Positions 29,292-39,230 of a stretch of DNA of 64,000 nucleotides are shown here, piece by piece. Numbering within the stretch: the first letter of the stretch is position 1; every line of letters begins with the position of its first letter. The position numbers and the translations under genes are program-made. The notes beneath the pieces are model-generated. The model was not told the origin of the DNA. It was given only the letters and a program-made list of their open reading frames with translations, and made no database searches. Source of the DNA: Candidatus Heimdallarchaeota archaeon B3_Heim (GTDB lineage: Archaea > Asgardarchaeota > Heimdallarchaeia > Hodarchaeales > Hodarchaeaceae); NCBI GenBank assembly GCA_003144275.1, contig NJBF01000020.1, positions 9,481-73,480 on the forward strand. The letters are read 5' to 3'.

Positions 29292-32200
29292 TTATTTTTC
29301 CTTTAGATTTTTAGATCTTTTCAGAATTACAAAGCCTACCAACAACGACCACAACATGAAATCCCACTGAAAACCTGAGCTATTCTTAGTTTTCTCTGTT
29401 ACCGTTCCTATGTTAAAAACAAACGAAATTGAGGCCGAATTACCCGCAAGATCATAAACGGTTACCCGTATAGTGTAGGAGCCTGTTTCATAATTGTCTG
29501 GAGTAAGATCTTTTTCTATGTAATATCCTGAACTTGTGATATTTATTTTTGGACCACTAAAACCAATTTTATTACCATTGAGAGTCATTTCTGCGGAAAA
29601 TTGATCGATACCCGATCCATCATCGCGGAACCAGAATATAATTTCAGTAGTTTCCACTAGGTAGGAGTTATTTTCCATTCCCCTCATCCCTATGACGGGT
29701 GCTGTTTCATCGGTAATTATTTCAAAAGATACAACTTCAGAGTTCCATGTAAAGTTGAAAAGATGCACTCCTTGAGTTAGTGGGTAAGTAAAATTATACC
29801 AACCATTTAAACCAGTTTCTGGTATTTCTGTTGTTATATCGGACTCAACACCGAATGTAGAATTACGATAAGATCCAGAAATGCTTACTGAATTATTTGG
29901 TAAATAATTCGTCGAAGCGTGAAGCGAAACGGTTACAACATCATCTGTCACTTCATAAAACCCGTATAATTGGGATTCAGCTGAAATATAAGCTAGAATA
30001 TCTGATACCAGAAAATTATTGAATAATGTGTTTGTATATTCAAACCCTTCATTTATCTCATTATTATAACCACGATTGGTAATAAAATTACTTCCCGAAA
30101 CAACAACAACCCTTCCACCTAGGGGATAATCATAGGATGCCATAACAACATTCTCCCGTTGGTTCAGATAAGCAAGGGGGGTTGCGGTATTTGTCAACTC
30201 AAAATAGGATCCAGATGCATCAAAATACTCTGTTGATGTTCCAATGGAATTGAAATGGGTTAATTGCGCAGGAGTAGTACCAAAAGACGGTGATAATTCA
30301 CTTGTCTGTATACCCCATTTTTTCATCATATTCTCCATTCCTATTGGGGTGGTATAAGGTGTGAGTATTAGCCCACCTCCACTACTAACGAATGAAGTGA
30401 TTGCGGATTGTTCAGACGCTGATAGAACAGTTAAAGTATCTTCGGATATTACTAAATCAATTGCTGATAAATATTCCCACGTTTGAGTTGTACGATTATC
30501 GGCTGCAAACCATAGGACATCATAGTTAGAAAGTGCTTGAGGAGTAATCTCAGATTTATTTTCATTGAGAACTATTCCTTGCTTACTTAGATCTATTTTT
30601 AGATCCAGAAATTTTCCCTTGGTATTATATGAAAACACTGGTCTATTCCCGGTATAGAATAATACTTTTTGTTTAGCAGGCTCCACATTTATAGTGAAGG
30701 AAATCCGTTGGATTTCTGTCGAATTAACTTGAAACAAAATATCCCCAGAATAAAGCCCAAGTGGCTCATTATCTGCAACATTCACCTCGAGAACAATATC
30801 ATGTGAGAAGTATTCAGATAATTTACTTGTTGCTAAATCATTGTGGCTACTCTTTAAGGACTCAGAATCATTGACCCACTGTTGTTCTTTCAACGTAATA
30901 ATTGAAGAAAGATTTCCAGTTGTCTGGATGGACACGTTCACAGTTTCTGATGATGTGAACGAAAATAATTCAGAAAAGTAGGAACCTTGAAGCACGTTAG
31001 GAAATTTCATGAAACCTAATTCTTTAGGATTGACGGTTCCTGTTATTATATGATTCCCAACTCTTGGAGCAGCCAAAAGATATTCGTACGCGGCTGAGGC
31101 ATTAACCTGACCCGCGCCTTGTGCGTTTAGATCCACTCCAATATCTGTAGCAGTAGCCATAAGTGCAGCTTTTATCGTTCCTGGGTTTACATCAAGATTA
31201 TGTTCTCTCATTGCTCCAAGAAGAATCGCTGAGACACCTGCAACATGAGGAGCGGAAAATGATGTACCTTGAGGGGTACCATATCCACCTTGCACAGCGG
31301 GAGTTGGAACAGCAGTACCTGGTGCAATCACATCAGGAGAAACTGCATCTGTCCTCCAGATGGGACCACGACTGCTATAAGTTGCCATTGCTTGCATTCC
31401 TTCATTTGTTGCTCCAACAGTAATTTCATCAACAAAATTGTCAGCAGAGATTGTATACATAGTTCCCCCATCATTACCAGCGGAATGTACAAAAATTACT
31501 CCTTGTTTTGTTGCTTGACGAATTGTAGCTAATCTTAGTTGATATCCAGGATATAAAATCAAGTCCCAATAAGCTTCTTCGCCATCTGAAATCCCATAAC
31601 TCCGATTAATGACATCTACACCATTTTCTATTGCCCAATTAATCGCAGCAATTTCACCTATGAGAGTCATATCTAACAAATCTTCTGGGCCTTCATCAAC
31701 ATCGGCATCTAAAATCCACGATTCAGTAGCTATTCCTTGGTTACTCACTGTTTGAATTCCACCACCAGCAGCAATTCCAGCGACCCATGTACCATGAGAT
31801 CCCGCAATATTATCCAAATCTTCCTCATTACCATAAGTAGTATTAACAAATCCCTCTGCTGCCTTGATACGGGATGTACCATTTGCAAAACTAAAATCAG
31901 GATGACTAGCATTTATACCTTCATCAATAATACAGATTGTCGTCCCTTGTCCCTTATAACCTAGCTCCCATAATTTATCTACACCAATAACTTGAGCTGA
32001 TACTAATGATTGAACAGATGGATTAACAACTGAATATTGATCGTGTCGAGAATTGGGGATAAAATTACCCTTATTACCCGAAGTAATAGGATAAAAGTTC
32101 TGATATGCCAGATATGCATTATCTCTTACTATTGAAGCTAATTCGGTGGAAGTAGCTTTGATTGTAACCCCTAATAGTCCGTTAAAATTAAGCCCTGTAT

Positions 32201-32450
32201 CATATCTAGATATAAAACTAGTATATTCTGATGATTTTTCGAAGAAAATCAAATAGATACTCTCTTCAGTCCCTTGAATTTCTAGAACCTCTTTTTCTAA
32301 AACCTCTACCTCTTTGGAAATACTTGAAATATCAATCATTTGCTCAGAAGATGAGATATTCAAAATAATATTAGATTTACTCGTTAAAATCACAAAAAGT
32401 AATATGAAGATTGGTGTAAATTTTAGTAACTTGCTATACCTTGTCATCAA
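29292..32450 (-). CDS. Secreted subtilisin-like serine protease (S8) with large C-terminal beta-sandwich domains and a C-terminal TM anchor
   Basis: Signal peptide. Catalytic triad contexts GTTICIIDEGI (Asp), GSHGTWVAGIAAG (His) and GTSFSAPHVAGVSAIL (Ser). Many N-glycosylation sequons. C-terminal MLWSLLVGFVILKRSK. Confidence 0.8.
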   Translation of the reverse strand: MMTRYSKLLKFTPIFILLFVILTSKSNIILNISSSEQMIDISSISKEVEVLEKEVLEIQGTEESIYLIFFEKSSEYTSFISRYDTGLNFNGLLGVTIKATSTELASIVRDNAYLAYQNFYPITSGNKGNFIPNSRHDQYSVVNPSVQSLVSAQVIGVDKLWELGYKGQGTTICIIDEGINASHPDFSFANGTSRIKAAEGFVNTTYGNEEDLDNIAGSHGTWVAGIAAGGGIQTVSNQGIATESWILDADVDEGPEDLLDMTLIGEIAAINWAIENGVDVINRSYGISDGEEAYWDLILYPGYQLRLATIRQATKQGVIFVHSAGNDGGTMYTISADNFVDEITVGATNEGMQAMATYSSRGPIWRTDAVSPDVIAPGTAVPTPAVQGGYGTPQGTSFSAPHVAGVSAILLGAMREHNLDVNPGTIKAALMATATDIGVDLNAQGAGQVNASAAYEYLLAAPRVGNHIITGTVNPKELGFMKFPNVLQGSYFSELFSFTSSETVNVSIQTTGNLSSIITLKEQQWVNDSESLKSSHNDLATSKLSEYFSHDIVLEVNVADNEPLGLYSGDILFQVNSTEIQRISFTINVEPAKQKVLFYTGNRPVFSYNTKGKFLDLKIDLSKQGIVLNENKSEITPQALSNYDVLWFAADNRTTQTWEYLSAIDLVISEDTLTVLSASEQSAITSFVSSGGGLILTPYTTPIGMENMMKKWGIQTSELSPSFGTTPAQLTHFNSIGTSTEYFDASGSYFELTNTATPLAYLNQRENVVMASYDYPLGGRVVVVSGSNFITNRGYNNEINEGFEYTNTLFNNFLVSDILAYISAESQLYGFYEVTDDVVTVSLHASTNYLPNNSVSISGSYRNSTFGVESDITTEIPETGLNGWYNFTYPLTQGVHLFNFTWNSEVVSFEIITDETAPVIGMRGMENNSYLVETTEIIFWFRDDGSGIDQFSAEMTLNGNKIGFSGPKINITSSGYYIEKDLTPDNYETGSYTIRVTVYDLAGNSASISFVFNIGTVTEKTKNSSGFQWDFMLWSLLVGFVILKRSKNLKEK

Positions 32451-32951
32451 TGGTCATTCCACGTTTTTATTTTGTTTCAACGCCGATATACACTTTGTCG
32501 GTGATTAAAGTACCGAGTAAGTGTTCTCTTATTTTACCTCTAAATTCTTTCCTAAGTGTAAAAACGGACTCAATCTTTCGAATTCAAACCAGAATAAATA
32601 AATTCTCAAATAAATGTATTCGATGAATTTAGACAATTAAAAGAACCTTTTTATTCACAAAAACTTTGTAATTCTTGTTTTTTCGCTCTTAACTCTGATT
32701 CAATTAAATCAAGTTTATTCAATTATTCATTAAAAGGATTAAAAGAGAATAATAATATGCTTAAATTCAAGTTTCTCGAATAAAGGGAATTAGAATGATT
32801 TAAATATGGAATTACACATGTAATAATCGAATGAAATCAAAATCGCTCTCATATGGTTTTGTTGTCTGTTGAATTCCTAATCATAAACGTTTAGTACATT
32901 AAATAATTAACAGGGAAAGAAAGCAATATTAAAGAGATAGAGGCTTAATTT

Positions 32952-33671
32952 TTGGCTTTACTGACAAACATATTAACAAAATGGTTTAAAAAACCAGCTG
33001 AACCAACAGAAAAGGAAATGATTAAAGATTTCATTCAAGAACTTGACTCTGTCCTAATATCTATGGAAGAAATGACAGAAGATATGACAAACGGTTTTAG
33101 CGACCAGGTAATTCAACGACGACCACTCTCGACAAAACTCATGGCTTATTTACCGAAATTTATGCAATCTAAAAATACTCGATCCCAAAATGAGAAATTA
33201 ATTGAATTGAAGAATACAAAACAGAAAATGCGTACATTAAGGGGAACATTATCTAAAATTGATGAATCTGTTGATTCAATGGATCTCCATGCTGCTCCCC
33301 TTGAGGGAGAAGAGGTCGGGAGTAGAATTTACGAGCTTGCCTATCCTGGAGAGACAATAACCTCTTCAAAAGTGAGAACATTAGAGGAAAGGCTGCAAAT
33401 GCTTGAAAATTCGTTTTTAGCTTCAATGGACCAAATAAATGGGCAGATGAATCAGATATCATCAAATTTGCTAACACTAACTCAAAGACTTGAGGAACAA
33501 GGGGTAAAAATAGACCGTATTGATGAAAAAATTACCGATGTTCAATCAAAATTACAAAAAATCCAATCTACTTTGGCAAAAATATCTCGGAAACTGACTC
33601 AAAACAGAACACTATTAGCACTTTTGGTTGGGTCTGTAATTGCTCTCGTGATTGTCATAGTCATCCTTTGA
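32952..33671 (+). CDS. Tail-anchored coiled-coil membrane protein with SNARE-like layer architecture
   Basis: An uninterrupted heptad register of about 17 hydrophobic layers is broken by a single core-position Gln (LEEQGVK, nt ~33497). This is followed by a short basic linker (RKLTQNR) and a TM helix that ends the protein. Confidence 0.3.
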   Translation: MALLTNILTKWFKKPAEPTEKEMIKDFIQELDSVLISMEEMTEDMTNGFSDQVIQRRPLSTKLMAYLPKFMQSKNTRSQNEKLIELKNTKQKMRTLRGTLSKIDESVDSMDLHAAPLEGEEVGSRIYELAYPGETITSSKVRTLEERLQMLENSFLASMDQINGQMNQISSNLLTLTQRLEEQGVKIDRIDEKITDVQSKLQKIQSTLAKISRKLTQNRTLLALLVGSVIALVIVIVIL

Positions 33672-33808
33672 GCGTAAAAGAATACTGAAAATGTTAGTTA
33701 AAATGAGACCCCAGAAAATATAAGAAAAAGAATATAAGGAATAAGGAAAATAAGGATTGTTGAGTGGAAGAATGAATAGAAGGTTAAACAGAATTAGGTG
33801 AAGACTGG

Positions 33809-34282
33809 ATGCAACAAAGAGACGAAATACACCGCGAGTTAACTCGTCTATTAAAAAGTGATACATCAATTAAAGTGACTTTACTAGGTGATAGAACAGG
33901 TTTAACGATTGCTAGAGCCTCAAGACTATTAGTATCAGCAACTATGGGAGCATTTGATCTTGAAAGTATTGGAGCGATTGCTTCTGCGGTGTTTTGCGGC
34001 GCAGCAGAACAAGGAAGTGCCTTAACTCTTGGGGAGCTTGGTATTATGTTGGCTGAATTCACTGATGGCAAAATATTGACCGCTCAAAGTGGAGAAAGAG
34101 GAGTTTTAGTAGTAGTCGCAGAATCAGATGCTCAATTGGGGTTGATCCGAATGCGGATGAAAGAATCATCAGAGTCGTTAGCCTCACTCATGGATAGATT
34201 AATAGAGCCATCTGCCGTTAAAATGAAGAAACCCGAATCTCAATCAATAATGGCCGCACTTAAAGAACTCGAAAACTTTTAA
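33809..34282 (+). CDS. Roadblock/LC7 (MglB-like) domain protein
   Basis: IKVTLLGDRTGLTIARAS, MGAFDLESIGAIASAV and GVLVVVAESDAQLGLIRMRM match the Roadblock alpha-beta-beta-alpha-beta pattern. Confidence 0.55.
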   Translation: MQQRDEIHRELTRLLKSDTSIKVTLLGDRTGLTIARASRLLVSATMGAFDLESIGAIASAVFCGAAEQGSALTLGELGIMLAEFTDGKILTAQSGERGVLVVVAESDAQLGLIRMRMKESSESLASLMDRLIEPSAVKMKKPESQSIMAALKELENF

Positions 34283-34377
34283 CCGTCCAACGATTACTTT
34301 TTTTTTCTGCTACATTTATGTTATTAGTAATATGTAAATCACTTTAATTTATGTAACTAGAAATAGAAGGTTTAGAA

Positions 34378-34989
34378 GTGCCTTATTCCCAACTAGATGA
34401 CGTTATTTTGAAGTTAACTGATGAAGTTACGGTTCAAGTCCTAAATATTTTATTAGAAGAAAGAGAAATTATTGATGAAGACATTGTGAATATTCTAAAT
34501 GAGGGATTGGATCAAGGGAATCAAGAGACTGAGGCCCCTGAAGAAAACAATATTCCGAGGATTGCTCTCAAAGAAGTCAGAAAATCACTATATAAATTAA
34601 ATGAAAGATCTCTCGCAAGGTACCGACGAGTACGTGATAAAGAAACGGGTTATTTTGTATATTACTGGTCACCTATTTGGGAAAGGATTCGAGACTTAAT
34701 TGTCAGTCGTCGGAAGCAAACAATAAAGAAATTGAAGCAACGCTTAGACTATGAACAACGAAACCTTCTTTATGTGTGTGAAGAAGGACATACACCAGTT
34801 ACTTTTTCTGATGCATTTGAATTTGGATTTTTATGCACCGTCTGTGGACAAGAACTTGCTCAAAAGGAGAACGCAGAGACAATTGCAATTCTACAAACCA
34901 AGATAACCGAGCTAAAAAAGATTCTCAAAACAGGTTTAGAAGAAATAGAGGGGATTGAAGAGAGAATGGAAAAGGCTGTCAACAGCTAA
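34378..34989 (+). CDS. tfe: Transcription factor E (TFIIE-alpha homolog)
   Basis: Winged helix LKEVRKSLYKLNERSLARYRRVRDKETGYFVYYWSPIWERI. Zn ribbon YVCEEGHTPVTFSDAFEFGFLCTVCGQEL. Confidence 0.65.
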   Translation: MPYSQLDDVILKLTDEVTVQVLNILLEEREIIDEDIVNILNEGLDQGNQETEAPEENNIPRIALKEVRKSLYKLNERSLARYRRVRDKETGYFVYYWSPIWERIRDLIVSRRKQTIKKLKQRLDYEQRNLLYVCEEGHTPVTFSDAFEFGFLCTVCGQELAQKENAETIAILQTKITELKKILKTGLEEIEGIEERMEKAVNS

Positions 34990-34999
34990 AACATCGATA

Positions 35000-36049
35000 T
35001 TAAAAAGCTCTTTTTACCGAAAAATCGGCAACTTGTTCCAATAATTCATGCATGGATTTATCTCGAAATTCTAGCTTTGCAATGTTCATTTTTGCTTCAT
35101 TAGCCCATTTTTGTGCTTCATTCATAACAAATTCTTTTACATTAGATTTCTCGATTAAAGGGTTACATTTGCTAATACGCTCTTCATCAGAAATTTTTTG
35201 ATCGGTTAGGCAATCTTTCAATATCTGAGCATCTGTAGAATCCAATAATCTTAGAGCTTGCACGATTACGAAGTTTCCTAATTTCTGTTCAATTATATCT
35301 TTAAATATGACTTTTCCAAATGTATCTGCAGTAGAAAAAATATCCAAATAATCATCTGCTATTTGAAACGCTATACCTGCAGCCCATCCATAATTCTCTG
35401 CGCAGTTTTGTTCATCTAGGGAAGCTCCAGCCACCATAGCGCCTAATTTACATGCAGCTGCTAATAAGGCTGCTGTTTTACCTCTAATCATTTCTAAATA
35501 GTCTTCTAAGGTCACATCCGTATATCGATTTGATTGAAAGTACTCATTTTCTATGTCTTCTTTCTGTTCAAATAGAATGTCCAAACGTTCTCCTTCTGTT
35601 AAATGACGGATAGTTTTTGAATACACATCAATTGTATTAGTGAAGTTTTCACCAGTGGCTTTTGCGGCGTCATAAATGGCTTCTCTATAAATTATTGCAG
35701 CTAAAATGGCAAATTTATCACCAAATTTCGCTCTAGTTGTTTTTTCCCCTCGTCTAAGATCTCCTCGATCAATAATATCGTCTAGAATTAGTGAATACGT
35801 ATGTATTAGTTCAATACCTGCAGCTGCAGATCTAGATTCGAGATCATTACTTGAAGCACCGAATGCACGCGCAAATAGGAGGGTTAAAGCTGGACGTAGT
35901 CTTTTTCCCCCAGTTTTTGTTTGCCATTTGACTAAATCTATAAAATCAGAATGAATATCTTTGAGAAGAAATTCATACATTTTTTCTTCAACAGACCTAC
36001 CTAAGACACTTAATTCGGAAAAAACTTCGCTAAAATCTGAATTATTCAT
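35000..36049 (-). CDS. Polyprenyl (geranylgeranyl) diphosphate synthase
   Basis: First Asp-rich motif LILDDIIDRGDLRRG and second Asp-rich motif FQIADDYLD. 349 aa. Confidence 0.8.
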   Translation of the reverse strand: MNNSDFSEVFSELSVLGRSVEEKMYEFLLKDIHSDFIDLVKWQTKTGGKRLRPALTLLFARAFGASSNDLESRSAAAGIELIHTYSLILDDIIDRGDLRRGEKTTRAKFGDKFAILAAIIYREAIYDAAKATGENFTNTIDVYSKTIRHLTEGERLDILFEQKEDIENEYFQSNRYTDVTLEDYLEMIRGKTAALLAAACKLGAMVAGASLDEQNCAENYGWAAGIAFQIADDYLDIFSTADTFGKVIFKDIIEQKLGNFVIVQALRLLDSTDAQILKDCLTDQKISDEERISKCNPLIEKSNVKEFVMNEAQKWANEAKMNIAKLEFRDKSMHELLEQVADFSVKRAF

Positions 36050-36230
36050 TTTTAATTCACCTGTTACTTTAATAATTATGTTTACTATTGTTTTCGTTCA
36101 AGAATGAGCAACTTACAAGTTTCACACTTATTCGTGCATTTGAAATACGCTTAAATTAAATTTATCCTAGATATTCTCATAGTAAAATTATCAGTCGCTT
36201 GGGTAAATTATTAGCCAATATCTTATAGCG

Positions 36231-36968
36231 TCATAAATCTTGTTCCAGATTTCTAGAAGCTAAGATCCATGATATAGCCTGTTCTAATGAATCAACAACA
36301 GTTGAAGGAGCGCTGTAGCGAAGTAATACTGCTTTACTAACCAATCCTGTTGTTAAACCAATTGTATCTACACCAGCATCATTTCCCGCGAGAATATCTA
36401 CAGGCATATCACCGAGAAAATAACAATGTTGAGGGCTCGTTGAACATGCTTCAATAGCCATAAGAAGCCCTTCGGGATCAGGTTTTATTCTAAGCACATC
36501 ATCTCTCGAAATCAAAGCATCTGGATGAAAAAATTCCTTGATTCCGTGTTTTTCTATCGTTTCTACTAATTGTTTTCGAGAAGCATTTGTACAGATACCT
36601 AATTGAAACCCATGGTTTATTAGTTTAGAGAGACTTAATTTTACATCCGGGAAAAGTGGAGCGTTCTCATATACAGATTTAACTTTTCTAATGCAATTCA
36701 AAGCAAAATAAATAGCTTTTAAACGCCCCAGACTCATTTCTCTCCCAATTCTCCAAAAAATGTAGAATATAAGTCTAATTCCACTATTAGTTTGAGGAGC
36801 TTGAAATTTTTTTAATAAATAAACACCAATTGTCTCCATTGATTCTGGGGTCACACTTACTCCTGTTTTTTCAAGATTAGAAATGATAATCTTATTGAAT
36901 GATCGCATAGAATCGAGTAAGGTTCCATCTAGGTCGAAAATTGCTGCAAACGTTGAAGGATGTTTCAT
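36231..36968 (-). CDS. HAD-superfamily hydrolase/phosphatase
   Basis: Motif I FDLDGTLLDS, plus downstream motifs (GICTNAS; GDMPVDILAGNDAG). Confidence 0.65.
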   Translation of the reverse strand: MKHPSTFAAIFDLDGTLLDSMRSFNKIIISNLEKTGVSVTPESMETIGVYLLKKFQAPQTNSGIRLIFYIFWRIGREMSLGRLKAIYFALNCIRKVKSVYENAPLFPDVKLSLSKLINHGFQLGICTNASRKQLVETIEKHGIKEFFHPDALISRDDVLRIKPDPEGLLMAIEACSTSPQHCYFLGDMPVDILAGNDAGVDTIGLTTGLVSKAVLLRYSAPSTVVDSLEQAISWILASRNLEQDL

Positions 36969-37365
36969 CTGCGCTTAAATTCGTGAAGTTAACATTCGTA
37001 AATAAGCGATTTGTTACGGATATCTTTACTTCAATCTCAATTATGAATCTGATAATGAAAAACCTGATACGGTGACTTTTTGTAGGACCAAATTTTGTTT
37101 AATCATTCATACACAGCTTAGGTAACGCTCTTTTTTTACAATCAGCAGGATTCGTTAATCAATCTCTTTTCCTATTTTATAACTAACAATTGTTTCAAAT
37201 TCCAAGATTTTACTAATAGGATACTACAAAAAGTCAAAATACACCCAGAAAATTCCTGCAAAGATAATTTATATTTCAGAGGTTTTCAGTGATGTAGAGT
37301 CTGAAGGGTTTTTCTGCTATCAAACTGACACCAGTGCCAAGCACTGAAGGTTTAATTTTATACAC

Positions 37366-38328
37366 GTGATATATATGACGAAAGCTTTTGAAGTTCAAGA
37401 TCTACGAAATTTAAGAGAAGAAATCGTACAACTTCGTGATCAAAAAGCTGATTTACTCAGTAATCTCCGAAAATTGGAAAAAGAGCGAAATCAAAAACGT
37501 GAAGAGAGGGATAATCTCAATAAGTTGGCATCTGAGAATTTCGCTAAAGTAAGAGGATTAAAGGATCAACGCGATAAAAATAACCGTTCAATCCAAGAAT
37601 TAAAAGCAGTTCGTCGTAGCGTTCTTGAAGAAATGAAGGAGCTTATAGAAAAAGCCAAATCCTTACAGGAAGAGATAGTATCAATGGATATCACGGAGCA
37701 GGATATCAAAAAATCTTACAGTCTTCGAAAACGCATTGATAGTTTAGATTGGAAAATACAAACAACTTCCAGAATGGGGATTGCAGAAGAACGACAACTA
37801 ACTGAGCAAGTGAATATGTTAATGGAGCAATTGGGTGACATCTCTGTATCTACTGAAAAGCTTAAGGCGCGAAAAGAAATAAATAGGGAAATTAACCATC
37901 TTAGAGGCTTTTTAGATCATAGTTGGAAAGACTTCCAAGAATTAGTGGAGAATTCCCAGAGGTCACACCAAGAATTAACCGAACTCTATGATACTGGAAA
38001 AAAAGCAAAAGATGAAGCTGATACCTGTCATAAATTATTCTTGGAGAGAGCAGATGAAATACGAACTCTTCGGGATGAATTCCGTGGGTTGAATAAATCA
38101 CTGAGAGAAAAATCTAGTATCTTTAGAGAACAAAATCGTGCCCAAAAAGAACGTGTTCAGCTTGAACGAGAAAAAGCTAGTGCTGAAATACTAGAAGAGC
38201 AAAAAGCCATTATTCAGGAGAAATTAAGCTCCAAAAAGAAGAAAGTCTTGTCTATTGAAGAAATGCGAATAATGATGAGTCAAGATCCAGATTTTTTAAG
38301 TAACGATGATGTTCTTGAAGAAGAATAG
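37366..38328 (+). CDS. Highly charged coiled-coil protein
   Basis: 320 aa. E/K/R/Q-rich heptad repeats throughout. No TM. Confidence 0.3.
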   Translation: MIYMTKAFEVQDLRNLREEIVQLRDQKADLLSNLRKLEKERNQKREERDNLNKLASENFAKVRGLKDQRDKNNRSIQELKAVRRSVLEEMKELIEKAKSLQEEIVSMDITEQDIKKSYSLRKRIDSLDWKIQTTSRMGIAEERQLTEQVNMLMEQLGDISVSTEKLKARKEINREINHLRGFLDHSWKDFQELVENSQRSHQELTELYDTGKKAKDEADTCHKLFLERADEIRTLRDEFRGLNKSLREKSSIFREQNRAQKERVQLEREKASAEILEEQKAIIQEKLSSKKKKVLSIEEMRIMMSQDPDFLSNDDVLEEE

Positions 38329-38489
38329 CAATTTCATCACCTCCAAATCCGGCTGAGATAATTTAACCACTATTTTTCTAATCAACTTTTGTGGGTCTAG
38401 TGCAAGAGCTCATTGCATAGCTATATATGTGAGGCTCTATATTGTCCGAAGTGGTTAGAAACGGATAATAAAGGGAGACACAAATTTCT

Positions 38490-39227
38490 TTGAATGAAAA
38501 AGAATTTTTCCGATTAGTAGGAAACGAAATAAGACGTGATATCCTTCGATCGGTCGCTCAAGAGCCAAAATATCTGTTTCAACTTTCTAAAGAGCTCAAG
38601 AGATCTCAACAATCACTACAAAGGCACCTCCAGTGCTTGTTGGAAAATGGTTGGTTGTCTCAAGAATTAGTAGAGGGACCTCATGGTCCAGCTCGCAAGC
38701 TATATCAAATAGCTAAGAATCTATCGGTAAGAATTACGTTAAGTCAGCATTCGTTTGCTATAGACGTATTTGACATTCAAATCGGAAGAATTTCTGACCC
38801 CTTGGACGATTTCCAAACTCATTTGAATGAAATAGGTAAAGATCTTTCATTGACACTTTCTCAAGGAATTCAAAAAGATCATCAGAATTATGCTGTCCAA
38901 ATTCGTACCCTTAATACAATTCTTGATAAACTAGGGTCAATAGAAAATTTCATTCTGAGCAAAAAGCTTACTGTCACAGGTCAATTAAATGAGACAATTT
39001 CGATGAAACTAGAAGGTGACGATCATCGAAAAGATCGTGAATTGGCGTATACAATTTTTAGTAGCTCTGCCCCAATAAAAATAGATGTGATTCAAAAAGA
39101 AATAAAAACAAAGCGAACTGAGCTTCTAGCTTCCCTTAAACGACTGAATGAAAAGAATCTTTTACCCGAACGAGGAGTAGATTTAATGCAGAAGCTAGAA
39201 GTCACATTGAGTAGCCAAACGGAGTGA
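38490..39227 (+). CDS. Winged-helix transcriptional regulator, candidate heat-shock regulator of the downstream chaperone operon
   Basis: N-terminal ArsR-like wHTH (EIRRDILRSVAQEPKYLFQLSKELKRSQQSLQRHLQCLLENGWL). TTG start, with GGGAG 13-17 nt upstream. The stop is 3 bp before grpE. Confidence 0.45.
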   Translation: MNEKEFFRLVGNEIRRDILRSVAQEPKYLFQLSKELKRSQQSLQRHLQCLLENGWLSQELVEGPHGPARKLYQIAKNLSVRITLSQHSFAIDVFDIQIGRISDPLDDFQTHLNEIGKDLSLTLSQGIQKDHQNYAVQIRTLNTILDKLGSIENFILSKKLTVTGQLNETISMKLEGDDHRKDRELAYTIFSSSAPIKIDVIQKEIKTKRTELLASLKRLNEKNLLPERGVDLMQKLEVTLSSQTE

Positions 39228-39230
39228 TAA

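Noticed and set aside
31163-31964. Short antisense ORFs inside the S8 protease gene (31163-31423, 31269-31532, 31737-31964)
   Set aside because: They are fully embedded in a strongly supported CDS on the opposite strand and have low-complexity translations.
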